From contig JAVJQW010000050.1 of NCBI GenBank assembly GCA_040218735.1, positions 160,001 through 224,000 on the forward strand: DNA of 64,000 nt, given 5' to 3'. The notes below the pieces were generated by a model. That model was not told where the DNA came from, ran no database searches, and saw nothing but the letters and a program-made list of their open reading frames with translations. A program made the translations under genes and the position numbers. Of the stretch, positions 17,612 to 27,645 are shown piece by piece (positions within the stretch are counted from its first letter, which is position 1; every line of letters starts with the position of its first letter). The DNA comes from Deltaproteobacteria bacterium. Its GTDB lineage: Bacteria > Myxococcota > Kuafuiibacteriia > Kuafuiibacteriales > Kuafuiibacteriaceae.

Positions 17612-18436
17612 CTACTCGTCGCCGTTCACGTAGAGGACGACGACGGTGATGTTGTCGTCGCCGCCGCGCTCGTTCGCGAGGCTGACCATCGCGCGCGGCG
17701 CGTCGCGCAGGAAGTGGTCGTGTAGGACATCGCGGATCTCGGTGGTCGAGACCAGGTTCGCCAACCCGTCGCTACACAGGACGTACAGATCGCCCTCTTG
17801 GGTCGGCACCACCATCGTGTCGACGGCGACGTCTTCTTCGAAGCCGACCGAGCGCGTGATGATGTGTTTGAAGCGGCTCATCCGCGCCTGCTCCGGCGTG
17901 ATGAGCCCGGCCTTGAGCTGCTCGTTCACCAGCGAGTGGTCCTCGGAGAGCTGCTCGATGCGGCCGTCGCGGACCAGGTAGGCGCGACTGTCACCCACGT
18001 GGCCGAAGAAGGCGTAGTTGTCGATGAACGCGACGCCCGTGACGGTCGTGCCCATCCCCTGAAGCTCCGGCACCTCTTGCGCCTTGCGGAAGATCGCGGC
18101 GCACGCGTTTTTCACCGCCTTCGGCAACATCATCAGCGCGGGGTGCTGCTCGATCGGCCCCTTATAGGGTTTGCCGTTCGCGACCGACTCGCGCTCCTCG
18201 TGCACGGATTCCTGGATCGTCGACACCGCGAGCATCGACGCCATCTCTCCGCCGAGGTGGCCTCCCATCCCGTCGGCGACGACGTACAACTGCGCGTCGT
18301 CGTCCACCAGGTAGGAGTCTTCGTTATGGTCCCGCCGCATCCCGACATCCGTCAGGCCGAAGGACAGAATCTTGAGCTGCTTCTCTCCCACGGGCGGGTG
18401 GCGAGGATGATAGGCAGGAGAACTCATCGATTTCAA
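17612..18436 (-). CDS. PP2C-family Ser/Thr phosphatase (Stp1/IreP type)
   Basis: TDVGMRRDHNEDS, VADGMGGH, HVGDSRAY, LCSDGL, GGDDNIT; exact start uncertain. Confidence 0.95.
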   Translation of the reverse strand: MKSMSSPAYHPRHPPVGEKQLKILSFGLTDVGMRRDHNEDSYLVDDDAQLYVVADGMGGHLGGEMASMLAVSTIQESVHEERESVANGKPYKGPIEQHPALMMLPKAVKNACAAIFRKAQEVPELQGMGTTVTGVAFIDNYAFFGHVGDSRAYLVRDGRIEQLSEDHSLVNEQLKAGLITPEQARMSRFKHIITRSVGFEEDVAVDTMVVPTQEGDLYVLCSDGLANLVSTTEIRDVLHDHFLRDAPRAMVSLANERGGDDNITVVVLYVNGDE

Positions 18437-18476
18437 TAATCCAGCTCAGCCGTAGGCCGTTTGCCCCAGGAGGCCC

Positions 18477-20150
18477 TCAATGGGGCCGTACGCCCCGTTC
18501 TCGCAGCTCCTCGGCCGCCTTGCGGGTCGCCTTGGTGAGCCGGGCGCCGCCGAGCATCCGCGCCAGCTCCTCGACACGGGCCCCGTCGGCGAGCGGCTCG
18601 ACCCGGGTAGTCGTCCGAGCGCCGTCCTGCGACTTCGCCACCCGAAAGTGCCGATCCGCGTACGCGGCGACCGGCGCGAGGTGCGTGACGGCCAAGACCT
18701 GCGTCGCCTTCGACACGTCCGACAACTTCTCGCCGAGCACTTCCGCGACCGCGCCCCCGAGCCCCGTGTCGATCTCGTCGAACACGTAGACGCCGACACC
18801 ACCGCGCTCCGACAGCACGTGTTTGATCGCGAGCAGCACGCGCGACAACTCGCCACCCGACGCCGTCTTCCTGAGCGGCTTCATCGGCTCGCCGACGTTC
18901 GGCGCGATCAACATCTCCGCCGACTCCGCGCCGCGCGCGCCGGGGGTCTCGAGCGGCGTCAACCGCACGACGAACCGTGTGTTCGCCATCGACAGCGCCG
19001 CGAGCTCCTTCTCGATCGCCTTCTCGAGCGACTTGATCGTCTTGTGCCGCGCGGCGGACAGCGCCCTGCACTTCTTCTCGTGCGCCGCGGCCGCCGCCTC
19101 CAGCGCCGCCATCAAGTCCGCGCGCCGCGCCTCGTCGTGTTCGAGACTCGACAGCTCGTCCGTCATCGCGGCCCGCGCTTCGAGCACCGCCTCCACCGTC
19201 CCGCCGTGTTTGCGGGCGAGGCGATGCAGCGCTTCGAGGCGCTCTTCGATCTGTTCGAGCCGCTCCGGATCCGAAGAGAGGTGCCGCAGGTGCTGCGACA
19301 AGGATCGCGCGAGCTCCTCGAGCTCCGCCTGCGCGCTCGCCGCCGCGTTCGCCATCGGCGCGATCGCGTCGTCCACGTCCGCGAGCCGAAGCAGCCGGTG
19401 CGCGACGCGCCCGACGATCTCCACCGCCGCGCCGTCCTCGGAGTACAGCGCCGCCTCGGCTTCGCGCACGCCGGACTCCAGCTCCGCGAAGCCGCGCTGC
19501 CGCTTTCGCTCGCTCTCGAGCTCGTCGATCTCTCCGACCTTGGGATCGACCGCGTTGATCTCTTCGAGAGCAAACGCGAGGTAGTCCTCCCGCCGCGCCT
19601 TCTCGGCCTCGTCCATCTGCTGCGCGTCGAGCGCCGTGCGGTAGCCCATCACCTCCGCGTGCAGCGCGTTCACCTCCGCGCGCAGCGCGCGGTGCCCACC
19701 GAAGGCGTCCAGGATGTCGAGGTGCGTCTCGGGGTCGAGGAGCGTGACGTGCTCGTGCTGGCTCACGAGGTCGACCTCGCCCCGCATGATGTCCGCGAGC
19801 ATCCCGACCGTCGCCATCTGTCCGTTGAGCAGCACGCGGCTTCGACCGCTCCGCGTGAGCACACGACGCACGAGCAGCTCGCCGTCCGGCGCTTCGATGC
19901 CGCGCTCGGCGAGGCGGCGCTCCAGCGGCCCGCCCGGCAGCACCTCGAAGAGCGCCTCGACCACCGCCTGCTCCGCGCCGGTCCGCACCGCGTCCGACTG
20001 CGCGCGCCCGCCGAGCACCAACGACAGCGCGCCGACGAGCACGGACTTGCCCGCGCCCGTCTCACCCGTGAGGACGTTGAAGCCCTCGACGAACTCGAGC
20101 TCGATGCGTTCGACGAGCGCGAGGTTCTCGACCGACAGATGCGCGAGCAT
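18477..20150 (-). CDS. recN: DNA repair protein RecN
   Basis: LTGETGAGKS, coiled coils, ASGGELSR, VFDEIDTG, VTHL. Confidence 0.97.
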   Translation of the reverse strand: MLAHLSVENLALVERIELEFVEGFNVLTGETGAGKSVLVGALSLVLGGRAQSDAVRTGAEQAVVEALFEVLPGGPLERRLAERGIEAPDGELLVRRVLTRSGRSRVLLNGQMATVGMLADIMRGEVDLVSQHEHVTLLDPETHLDILDAFGGHRALRAEVNALHAEVMGYRTALDAQQMDEAEKARREDYLAFALEEINAVDPKVGEIDELESERKRQRGFAELESGVREAEAALYSEDGAAVEIVGRVAHRLLRLADVDDAIAPMANAAASAQAELEELARSLSQHLRHLSSDPERLEQIEERLEALHRLARKHGGTVEAVLEARAAMTDELSSLEHDEARRADLMAALEAAAAAHEKKCRALSAARHKTIKSLEKAIEKELAALSMANTRFVVRLTPLETPGARGAESAEMLIAPNVGEPMKPLRKTASGGELSRVLLAIKHVLSERGGVGVYVFDEIDTGLGGAVAEVLGEKLSDVSKATQVLAVTHLAPVAAYADRHFRVAKSQDGARTTTRVEPLADGARVEELARMLGGARLTKATRKAAEELRERGVRPH

Positions 20151-20234
20151 CGCCCGCGGCGGTAGCACGCTCGGACGAGCGGCGTCATTCGCAATCAACC
20201 GCGCAACGAAAACCAAACCGGGTCGGGGAGGCGC

Positions 20235-22580
20235 TCAGTCGAGCGGGGCGGCGAGCGCCGGGTCGCAGGTGTAGCGCGCGTCCTGGGCCGCGACCGTGAG
20301 GCCCGCCTCGAACGCTTCGTCGATCGTGTACGGCACGCCGTCGAGGACCACGCGCCCCGCTAGCCGATTACCTTCGCCGCGGAACCAACCAACCGCCGCC
20401 GACAGGTCCGCCTCCACGTCGTACTTCAGCACGAGCCCGTCGACCGCGAAGGTGATCGTCGACGGCCCGTACCGCGCGCGATCGATCCGCGCGACCGGCG
20501 TCGGCACGTCGTAACGGTCCCGCGACCCCGAGCGCTCCCCGAAGACCGGCGTGACGTCGAGCTCCAACGCGCCGCCGATCGTCGCTTCGAAGAGCGCGCC
20601 GTTTGCGTCCGACCGCCCCACGACGAAGTCCGTCAGCCGGACGTCCTCGGCGACGATGCGCGAGACGTCCGGCGCGCGCGGGTGCGGCGCGTCGATGAAG
20701 TCGGCGAGGTCACGCGCCCCCTCGATGTCGACGCACAACCGCGCGCGTACGAAGTCGTTGCCTTCCACGTCGAGGCGCCCCGCCACCCAGTCCGTCACGC
20801 CGTCGCACGACGTGAACAGCTCCGCTTCACCGTCGAACCGGCACGCGTCGTAGTCGCGCTCCAGCAGATCCCAACCGGCGTAGCCGTCGAGGTCACACGC
20901 ATCGACGCCGATGTCCCCCAGCGCCGGGCTGTCCGCGTCGGGGCACGTCACGCCATCCGCGAGCAGCTGCGCGGCGTGGCCGGCGCCCGCGATCAACGCG
21001 CGAGCGACGTCGGCCGCGAGGCGGGCGTCGAGATCACAAGCCACATCCGTGGGCCCGGCGCACGCGACACGCGCGCGGTCGTAGTCGGGATCCAGCGCGC
21101 CGTCGACGCGGTACGCGACGTCGCCGGTGCGGACCTCTCCTTCGATCGCGTTTTCGTGCGACGCCCCGCGCCCGCTCTGCGCGAACACGTCGATCGCCGC
21201 GTGGCCCGAGAACGCGACGTCGGCGCGCAACGTGTAGGCGAGCTGTTCGGCGTCGACCCACATCCCCACGTTCGGCGTCGCGACGACGCAGAGCCCGCCC
21301 TCCCCCGTCGTCATCCGCGGCCGGACTTCGGCGCGGACGACGCCGCCGGTCCAATCGAGGGGTGGTGCGCCGCGCCCGGCTTCGAAGGTCACCGGGCCCG
21401 CGGGGTGAAGCTCGAGCTTCATCGCGACCGCCGTCGACGACTCCGGCGCCGCGGGGCGGAGCGGGTCGCCCGTCGTGCGTCCGCGGATCGTCTGCTCGCC
21501 CTGCACCCGCACCTCGCCGTTCATGTTCGGCGCCGCGCCGAGGCAGTCCGCTCCCCCGACCGAACCTTCCAGCCGCAAGACACACGCGCCGGCGCGCAGC
21601 GTCTTCGTCGCGACGCCGCGGCGGCCGACCTCCACGTCGTAGCGGACGTCGAACCGCGAAGGGTCCGAGAAGCAGCGCGCCGCGACCTCGGCGGAGAGCG
21701 CGCCGACCATCGCCGTCGACAACCGCGCGACGCCACCCGCGACCTCGGCGAACGGTGACGCGCAGTCGAACTGGATGGGTCGAGCGAGCGCTTCGTCGCA
21801 CGCGTAGCCGCGGACGTGGGCCATCGCGTCGAACGCATCCTCGAGGGGTGTGTCCTGGGGGTGAGTCTCACCGAAGATCGTCACGGTCCCGCGGACGCGG
21901 TTCGAACCTTCGTCGTGCACGCCGACGAACGCCGACAGGCGTGCTTCGACGTCCGACGTCTCGACGACCGGATCCCCGCGCCCGCTGTCGAGTCGGATGT
22001 CGCCGTCGAGGGCGATCGACTCGAAGCGAACGTCATCGGTCGGCACTGCGCACACGCCGCTGTCCGCGGCGCGTGCGAGGCGGACACCCAGCGTGACGAC
22101 GAGCGAACCGTCGATGCGGAGCTCGGCCGGATCTTCGGACATCCGCGCCGTGAACGACGACAGCGTCGCGTCGACGTGCATCGTCACCGCGTCCGCGTCG
22201 CGTGGGATCACGGGCTGCGCGGGATCACCGGTGAGGGTCCCCCAGGTGATCTCTTCGGCCGTGACCACCGCGACACCGCTCGCGTCGAGCGTCGCGCCTT
22301 CGCAGTCTTCGTCGAGCCGTGTGCCCGTGCCGAGATCGATCCGGCACGCTTCGATGCGACGAACGACGCGACCGACGCCGCCGACCTCGCCCTCCACCGT
22401 CGTCGCCACGTTCGGTGACGCCAACCCGCACACGTCGTCGCTGCGCGCGGCGATCGCGACCGCACCCGCCGACACGACCGTGAGCCGCGCGACGCCCTCG
22501 GCGATCTGTTCGCCGAAACACGACGCACACCCGCCCAGCGGCAACAGCGCGACGTACACCAGCAGCGCGCGCGCGTTCAC
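20235..22580 (-). CDS. Lipoprotein with three tandem ~250-aa beta-rich repeats
   Basis: Lipobox LGGC; recurring motif blocks (see findings); GTGA overlap with the upstream oxygenase gene. Confidence 0.75.
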   Translation of the reverse strand: MNARALLVYVALLPLGGCASCFGEQIAEGVARLTVVSAGAVAIAARSDDVCGLASPNVATTVEGEVGGVGRVVRRIEACRIDLGTGTRLDEDCEGATLDASGVAVVTAEEITWGTLTGDPAQPVIPRDADAVTMHVDATLSSFTARMSEDPAELRIDGSLVVTLGVRLARAADSGVCAVPTDDVRFESIALDGDIRLDSGRGDPVVETSDVEARLSAFVGVHDEGSNRVRGTVTIFGETHPQDTPLEDAFDAMAHVRGYACDEALARPIQFDCASPFAEVAGGVARLSTAMVGALSAEVAARCFSDPSRFDVRYDVEVGRRGVATKTLRAGACVLRLEGSVGGADCLGAAPNMNGEVRVQGEQTIRGRTTGDPLRPAAPESSTAVAMKLELHPAGPVTFEAGRGAPPLDWTGGVVRAEVRPRMTTGEGGLCVVATPNVGMWVDAEQLAYTLRADVAFSGHAAIDVFAQSGRGASHENAIEGEVRTGDVAYRVDGALDPDYDRARVACAGPTDVACDLDARLAADVARALIAGAGHAAQLLADGVTCPDADSPALGDIGVDACDLDGYAGWDLLERDYDACRFDGEAELFTSCDGVTDWVAGRLDVEGNDFVRARLCVDIEGARDLADFIDAPHPRAPDVSRIVAEDVRLTDFVVGRSDANGALFEATIGGALELDVTPVFGERSGSRDRYDVPTPVARIDRARYGPSTITFAVDGLVLKYDVEADLSAAVGWFRGEGNRLAGRVVLDGVPYTIDEAFEAGLTVAAQDARYTCDPALAAPLD

Positions 22581-24007
22581 GACGCCACCGCCGCGCGCCA
22601 GATCCCGTGGAAGGTCGGCGGGAGCGGCTGGTCGAACCAGCACCGCGCGACGGGGGCATCGTCGGGCCGGGCCGCGTCGAGGATCGTCAGGTTCGTGCGC
22701 CCCGCGACGTGATCGTACACGTGCGCGAGCAGGTACCCGTCGGCGTAGATCGGCTCGGACACGAAGTCCGCAGGACCGACGTCGTAACGGACGGCCTCGC
22801 CGCGGTTCACGTCCACGCGAACGATCGCGTCGAACCCCGAGCGCGTCCGCGCCGCGGAGTGCGCCGCGAGGTAGACGTGTTCGTAAGCGCGTCCGCAATC
22901 GCCGAGGGGGATCTGCGGGAACTCACACGAGCCGTCGAACAGCACCTCTTCGGTGGTCGCACCGGTCATCGGATCGATCCGCCGTCGGACGAGCACGCCA
23001 TCCGCGGCGACGCTCGGGACGCGAACCTCGAAGAGCGCGGAGAGGTAGTCGTTCGTCGCGAAGTCGTCGTAGCGAACGAAGTCGACGACGAGCGCACCGC
23101 CCTCCTCGTACGCGTTCGCGAAGTGCCACTGGTAGAACGCCTCCGTCGTGAAGCGGCGCACCGGTTCCGTCGCGTCGAGCGGTACGACGATCACCTCGGT
23201 GCCCCGCTCCGGGCGCCACGAGATCGCGTCGAGCGGCGTCTTCGCGCCGAACAGCACCGCGGTGGTGTCCATCTCGAGCGGCGCGACGAAGAACACCGCG
23301 TAGCGCTGAGTGACCGCGAAGTCGTGCACGAAGGGCGGATGCCCATCGAGCGGGATGCGGCGCACGCGCTCCACGCGCGCGCCCATTCGGTAGAGCGACA
23401 GCGTCGTGACCCGACCGACCTGGACGCCGAAGTTGTACACGGTGCCGTCGGGCGCGGTGCTCGGGTGCGCGGAGAGCGGGGACGACAGCGCACCGTCGAG
23501 ATCCGTCACGCCGATCGTCTCGAGCGTCCGCGGATCGATCTCGGTGGGGCGCCCGACTTCGTACAGCGCGAGGAGGCGATCGTCCCACCACATCACGCTC
23601 GTGTTCGCCGGGTTGCGGGCGCGCCCGGTGAGGACCGACCACAGCTGGGAGAGCCGCCCACCGGAGCGCGTCGCGAAGCCGAGCGTCGAGGTCCTCCCGC
23701 TGGTGCGCTCGCCGTCGAGGTGCCAGCTCGCGACGTGCCGGACCGCGCCGAACGCTCGGCCGCCGTCGAGGCGGATCGCGCTGATGGCGCCGTCGCCGTC
23801 GAACCAGTGGCCGTACCGCCCGTCCGCGTTGCCGAAGCGCGCGGGGCCGTTGCGGTAGAGCGTCCCCGCGAGCGCGGCGGGGATCCTGCCTTCGACCTCG
23901 AGCGGCTCGAAGCCGTGCTCACGGCGCAGGTCGGTGAACAGCCGCGCGAGCGCGGGGCGGGGGTCGTGGGGGGTTTGGGGTGCAGTGCGGGTTCGAGCGA
24001 GGACCAT
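22577..24007 (-). CDS. Carotenoid/lignostilbene cleavage dioxygenase (RPE65 family)
   Basis: GTLYRNGP, HWFDGDG, four Fe-ligand His (SAHP, VHDF, WHFAN, FHG), EFP; AGGAG RBS. Confidence 0.93.
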   Translation of the reverse strand: MVLARTRTAPQTPHDPRPALARLFTDLRREHGFEPLEVEGRIPAALAGTLYRNGPARFGNADGRYGHWFDGDGAISAIRLDGGRAFGAVRHVASWHLDGERTSGRTSTLGFATRSGGRLSQLWSVLTGRARNPANTSVMWWDDRLLALYEVGRPTEIDPRTLETIGVTDLDGALSSPLSAHPSTAPDGTVYNFGVQVGRVTTLSLYRMGARVERVRRIPLDGHPPFVHDFAVTQRYAVFFVAPLEMDTTAVLFGAKTPLDAISWRPERGTEVIVVPLDATEPVRRFTTEAFYQWHFANAYEEGGALVVDFVRYDDFATNDYLSALFEVRVPSVAADGVLVRRRIDPMTGATTEEVLFDGSCEFPQIPLGDCGRAYEHVYLAAHSAARTRSGFDAIVRVDVNRGEAVRYDVGPADFVSEPIYADGYLLAHVYDHVAGRTNLTILDAARPDDAPVARCWFDQPLPPTFHGIWRAAVAS

Positions 24008-24027
24008 CTTCGAGGACTCCTTCCTAG

Positions 24028-24078
24028 ATGTTGACGGTGTCCACATTGGATCCACAGACATGTTGACGGTGTCAACAT
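24028..24078. promoter_or_regulatory. Twin TetR-type operators
   Basis: Perfect inverted repeat ATGTTGAC-GGT-GTCAACAT at 24060-24078 and a one-mismatch copy at 24028-24046, between divergent genes. Confidence 0.85.
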
Positions 24079-24102
24079 CAGCTGCGACCCTGGTCCTGGA
24101 CC

Positions 24103-24711
24103 GTGCGTCGCGCCGACAAGAAGAAGCCGACCTACCACCACGGCGATCTCCGCCGTGCGCTGCTCGACGCGGCGATCGCGCTGGTCGGCGAAGGGGGCAT
24201 CGACGCCCTCACCCTCCGCGAGGCGGCCCGCCGCGCCGGCGTCTCGCACAACGCGCCCTACCGCCACTTCGCGGACAAGGAGGCGCTCCTCGTCGCCATC
24301 GCGACGGAGGGGTTCGAGCGGTTGGCCGACGCCCTCGCCGCCGCAGAGTCGGAGGCGCCGGACGACTTCGAGCGCTTCGTCGGTGGCGGCGAGGCGTACG
24401 TGACCTTCGCGCTCGAAAACGCGGCGCACTACCGCGTGATGTTCGGCCCCACCCTCGCGAACAAGATCGGGCAACACCCGGAGCTCGACGTCGTCGGCAT
24501 GCGCGCGTTCAAGGGGCTCCTCGATCACGTCGAGCGCGCCGAAGCGCGCGGGCTCCTCCCCGGCGACCGCCCCGCCGACGCCATCGCGATGACGATGTGG
24601 GCCTACGTCCACGGCCTCGCGATGCTCGTGCTCGACGGACACCTCCCGCTCGAGGCCGACGCCGCGCGCGCGCTCGTGCGCGGCACGGCGACGACGATGA
24701 CCCGGGCCTGA
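24103..24711 (+). CDS. TetR/AcrR family regulator (WHG-type C-domain)
   Basis: YHHGDLR, LTLREAARRAGVSHNAPYRHF, WAYVHGLA. Confidence 0.95.
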   Translation: MRRADKKKPTYHHGDLRRALLDAAIALVGEGGIDALTLREAARRAGVSHNAPYRHFADKEALLVAIATEGFERLADALAAAESEAPDDFERFVGGGEAYVTFALENAAHYRVMFGPTLANKIGQHPELDVVGMRAFKGLLDHVERAEARGLLPGDRPADAIAMTMWAYVHGLAMLVLDGHLPLEADAARALVRGTATTMTRA

Positions 24712-24712
24712 C

Positions 24713-26911
24713 TCAGCGGACGAGCTGAGGTCGCAGCGAGACGGTGCGGTCGCGCACCAGCACCTGGAAGCGCACCGCGCGACACTGGTGCCGATCGAGG
24801 AGCGCCTGCTCGCTGGAGCGGAGCTTGGACCGGAACCCCTCGTAGGTGATCGAGTCGACCGGCTCCCCGAGCTGCGCCTTGCTCCCCACGAACTGATCGT
24901 AGACCGAGCGGTAGTGCGCCTCGTCGAAGGGCTGCAGCGAATCGATCTGCGCCGGCTCCGGGCGACTCGAGCTCATGTTCGGGCCGAGCTGCGGCACGGA
25001 CATTCCGACCTTCGACGGCGGCAACCCACGCACCGTCCCGGACGGGCCGTGCGACGAGGTCGACGGCGCACCGAAACCATCGTTCGGAGGTTGGGACGAA
25101 AACGGGCTCGGCGCCCCGAACGGACCGGCACCCCCCGGCGGCGGTGCGCCGAGACCCGAGGTCGAAGCGGAGGACGCGGGGAACGCGGACTGCTGCGGAG
25201 CGCGCGGCGGGTGGGTGTGGTTGTCGCCGAACGCCGACGGTGTGTTGCTGCCGGGGAGCGGGATCGCCTCGCGCTTCGGCTCCAGCAGCTCCGGATCGTA
25301 AGGCGTCGGCGCGAAGCTGATCGCGGACGGCTTCGGCGGGGGCGTCTGGTAGGCCTGGCGCTGCGCTTCCGCGCGTTGCGCGGCGGCGACCTCGGGCGGC
25401 ACACCGCCCTTCGGCGCGGGCAGATCGTCCGGGCCGTCCATCGACGACGCCACCGGGCGCGGCGGCGCCGACGCTCGCGCGGCCTGCGCGATCGCATCGA
25501 ACGGCGACGCGGGCGGCGGAGGTTTGGGGGCCACCGGCGCCGGCGGTGGCGCGGTCGGCGCGTCGAACGGATGGGGCGCGCGGCTCTGCGTCGAGGGCGG
25601 CAGCGGGATGCCACCGTCGGGCGCCTTCGACGCCGGCATCGTCTTCTGCGCGAACTGCGCCTCGAGGGAGCTCGTCGACTGCGACGGCGACGCCGGGAAC
25701 CGCACCGCGTCCGACACCGCGGCGGGTGGCTGCAGCTGCGGTTCGAGCGGCGGCAGCGGGACCTCGCCGGTCTTCGGCGGCGGGGGCGGCGGCTGCGAGG
25801 ACGCCGGCGGCGCGCTCAAGAAGTCGATCTTCGGCGGCGGCTTCGTGTCGGGCGCCGACGGACCCGGCGCGGGGATGGTGGGCAGCGATCCGGAAGCCGA
25901 CGCGAGCGCCGCGGCGACGTGCGCGTCGCTGTCGGGTGCAGGCGTGGGCTGAGGCGCGAACGACGGTGCGTTCGGGAGCGCCGCGAGGTCCGGCACCGAG
26001 GGCGCCGTCGCCGGCACCTCGATGGCCTCCACCGCGGCCTTCGGCGCGAAGACGCCGAGCAGGAACATCATCAACACCAGCGCGCCGAACACCACCGCGA
26101 GCAGCAAACGCACCTGCGGGATCGCGCGGGCCGAGGCACCGTCCGCGACCTTCGAGAGCCCGAACGCGGTGATCTTCGACGCCGAGTCGTCGTCCAGCGA
26201 GCGGTCGTGCATCGCGAACATCGTGCCGAGGAGCACGACGGACGACCCCTTCGTCTTCACGTCGAAGACACCGAGTGACTTGGGGTCGAGCGTCCCGGTC
26301 ACCGGCGCGCCTCCGTGCGCGAGCACGACGTGGGTGTCCGTCGGCAACGACGTCACGAGGCGCTGAACACTCGCACGCGACAGCGGCATCGCGAGGACGA
26401 GCGCCGCGGGCTTCGCGGTCGGCCCGACCGGCACCGAGGTCACGAGCATGACATCGACGCCCATCCGTTCGAGGCGTGTGGAGGGCCCGCCCTCCTGCGC
26501 CGCGATCGTCCCGGGCAGGCGCGCGAGCGCACCGACGTCGTCCCCGCCGGCGATCATCTCGAGCCCCGGACCGATCAGCGCCGCTTGCCCCTGCCCGCCG
26601 AGCTGCGCGCGGGCGCTCTGCAGCGCCTGCGCGAGGAGGCGGTCTCGGCGAGTGCTGTTGCGGATCGACGCGCCGAGGTCACCCAGGACCTCCGTGTCCT
26701 GAAGCGCGGTCGCGGCGCGGCGTTGGCGATCGACGAGGTCGTCCCAGGCGCTCGCCAGCTCCGACGCCGCGAGCCGGGCGTTGGAGGTGGCCATCAGCTG
26801 CGATTCGAGCTCGGCGCTCGGGCCGACGATCGCCTCGACGGCGAACCAGGCCCCGCCGAACAACAGCGCGAGGCCCACCAAGGCCTGGAGCGGGATGGCG
26901 AATCGCTTCAA
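24713..26911 (-). CDS. MXAN_5187-like membrane protein
   Basis: TM, periplasmic domain, TM, long Pro-rich linker, then C-terminal domain YRSVYDQFVGSK...ITYEGFRSKL...VRFQVLVRDRTVSLRP. Confidence 0.75.
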   Translation of the reverse strand: MKRFAIPLQALVGLALLFGGAWFAVEAIVGPSAELESQLMATSNARLAASELASAWDDLVDRQRRAATALQDTEVLGDLGASIRNSTRRDRLLAQALQSARAQLGGQGQAALIGPGLEMIAGGDDVGALARLPGTIAAQEGGPSTRLERMGVDVMLVTSVPVGPTAKPAALVLAMPLSRASVQRLVTSLPTDTHVVLAHGGAPVTGTLDPKSLGVFDVKTKGSSVVLLGTMFAMHDRSLDDDSASKITAFGLSKVADGASARAIPQVRLLLAVVFGALVLMMFLLGVFAPKAAVEAIEVPATAPSVPDLAALPNAPSFAPQPTPAPDSDAHVAAALASASGSLPTIPAPGPSAPDTKPPPKIDFLSAPPASSQPPPPPPKTGEVPLPPLEPQLQPPAAVSDAVRFPASPSQSTSSLEAQFAQKTMPASKAPDGGIPLPPSTQSRAPHPFDAPTAPPPAPVAPKPPPPASPFDAIAQAARASAPPRPVASSMDGPDDLPAPKGGVPPEVAAAQRAEAQRQAYQTPPPKPSAISFAPTPYDPELLEPKREAIPLPGSNTPSAFGDNHTHPPRAPQQSAFPASSASTSGLGAPPPGGAGPFGAPSPFSSQPPNDGFGAPSTSSHGPSGTVRGLPPSKVGMSVPQLGPNMSSSRPEPAQIDSLQPFDEAHYRSVYDQFVGSKAQLGEPVDSITYEGFRSKLRSSEQALLDRHQCRAVRFQVLVRDRTVSLRPQLVR

Positions 26912-27513
26912 GGAGACTCCCGCCTAGACCATTCCAAAGCCCAAGCTCGGATTCCAGTCACGTCCCCCGGTTTCTTCCCTGACCACGTCGACAGCACCGC
27001 TGTAGCCGCTTGACGTACCCGCTCGTCGCGGTCGTCGAGGCGCTCCGCGAGCAGCGTGCCGTGTGCGTGTGCGGCGTCCTGACCGCGATATCCGAGCGCC
27101 TCGACGGCGAGCACACGGACCTGCGCGTCGGGGTGCAAGAGGTACCGGCGCATGCCCTCCGGACGACGCGACGAGAAGTCCGCGATCGTGGAGGGCAGCA
27201 GCAGCAGCGCGAAGACCACGCCGAACGCGATCTGGAAGAACGCCTTACCGGCCGGATAGCGACGGCGCTTCACGAGGAGCGCGCGGTCGACGGCGTACGC
27301 GAGGAGGAACGCCGTGTAGAGGATCATCGGGAGGAACAGCCAGAACGCGGGGAGCGCGCCGCGCTTCACGGCGCCGCCGAGCGCGGGCTGCAGGAACAAC
27401 GCCGCCACCGCCGTGAGCGCGAGCAACACGTACAGCGCAATGCGCAGGGGTTTGGCGTTCACCGGCACGCCGGGGATGGGGTCCGTCGCTTTGGGCGGGG
27501 CGTCCTGGGCCAT
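26908..27513 (-). CDS. Membrane protein with C-terminal HEAT-like repeats
   Basis: Three TM helices, then HPDAQVRVLAVEALG and LDDRDERVRQAA; 4-bp overlap with the next gene. Confidence 0.8.
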   Translation of the reverse strand: MAQDAPPKATDPIPGVPVNAKPLRIALYVLLALTAVAALFLQPALGGAVKRGALPAFWLFLPMILYTAFLLAYAVDRALLVKRRRYPAGKAFFQIAFGVVFALLLLPSTIADFSSRRPEGMRRYLLHPDAQVRVLAVEALGYRGQDAAHAHGTLLAERLDDRDERVRQAATAVLSTWSGKKPGDVTGIRAWALEWSRRESP

Positions 27514-27645
27514 GCCATGCCGGAGTCCGAAGTGCTCCGTTTCATTCGAGTACCGCCGAACCGCACCTGGCGCAACATCCAGGACACGTCCGGGCCGCGC
27601 ATGTCCCCTGCCGAATCGGCGTCGCGCGGACTATAAGACCTCACG

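Noticed and set aside
20151-20234. LexA box upstream of recN
   Set aside because: No convincing match to the SOS boxes I know
27599-27613. Minus-strand CGGCAGGGGACATGC as a sigma54 promoter
   Set aside because: GG-N10-GC spacing only; flanking consensus is weak
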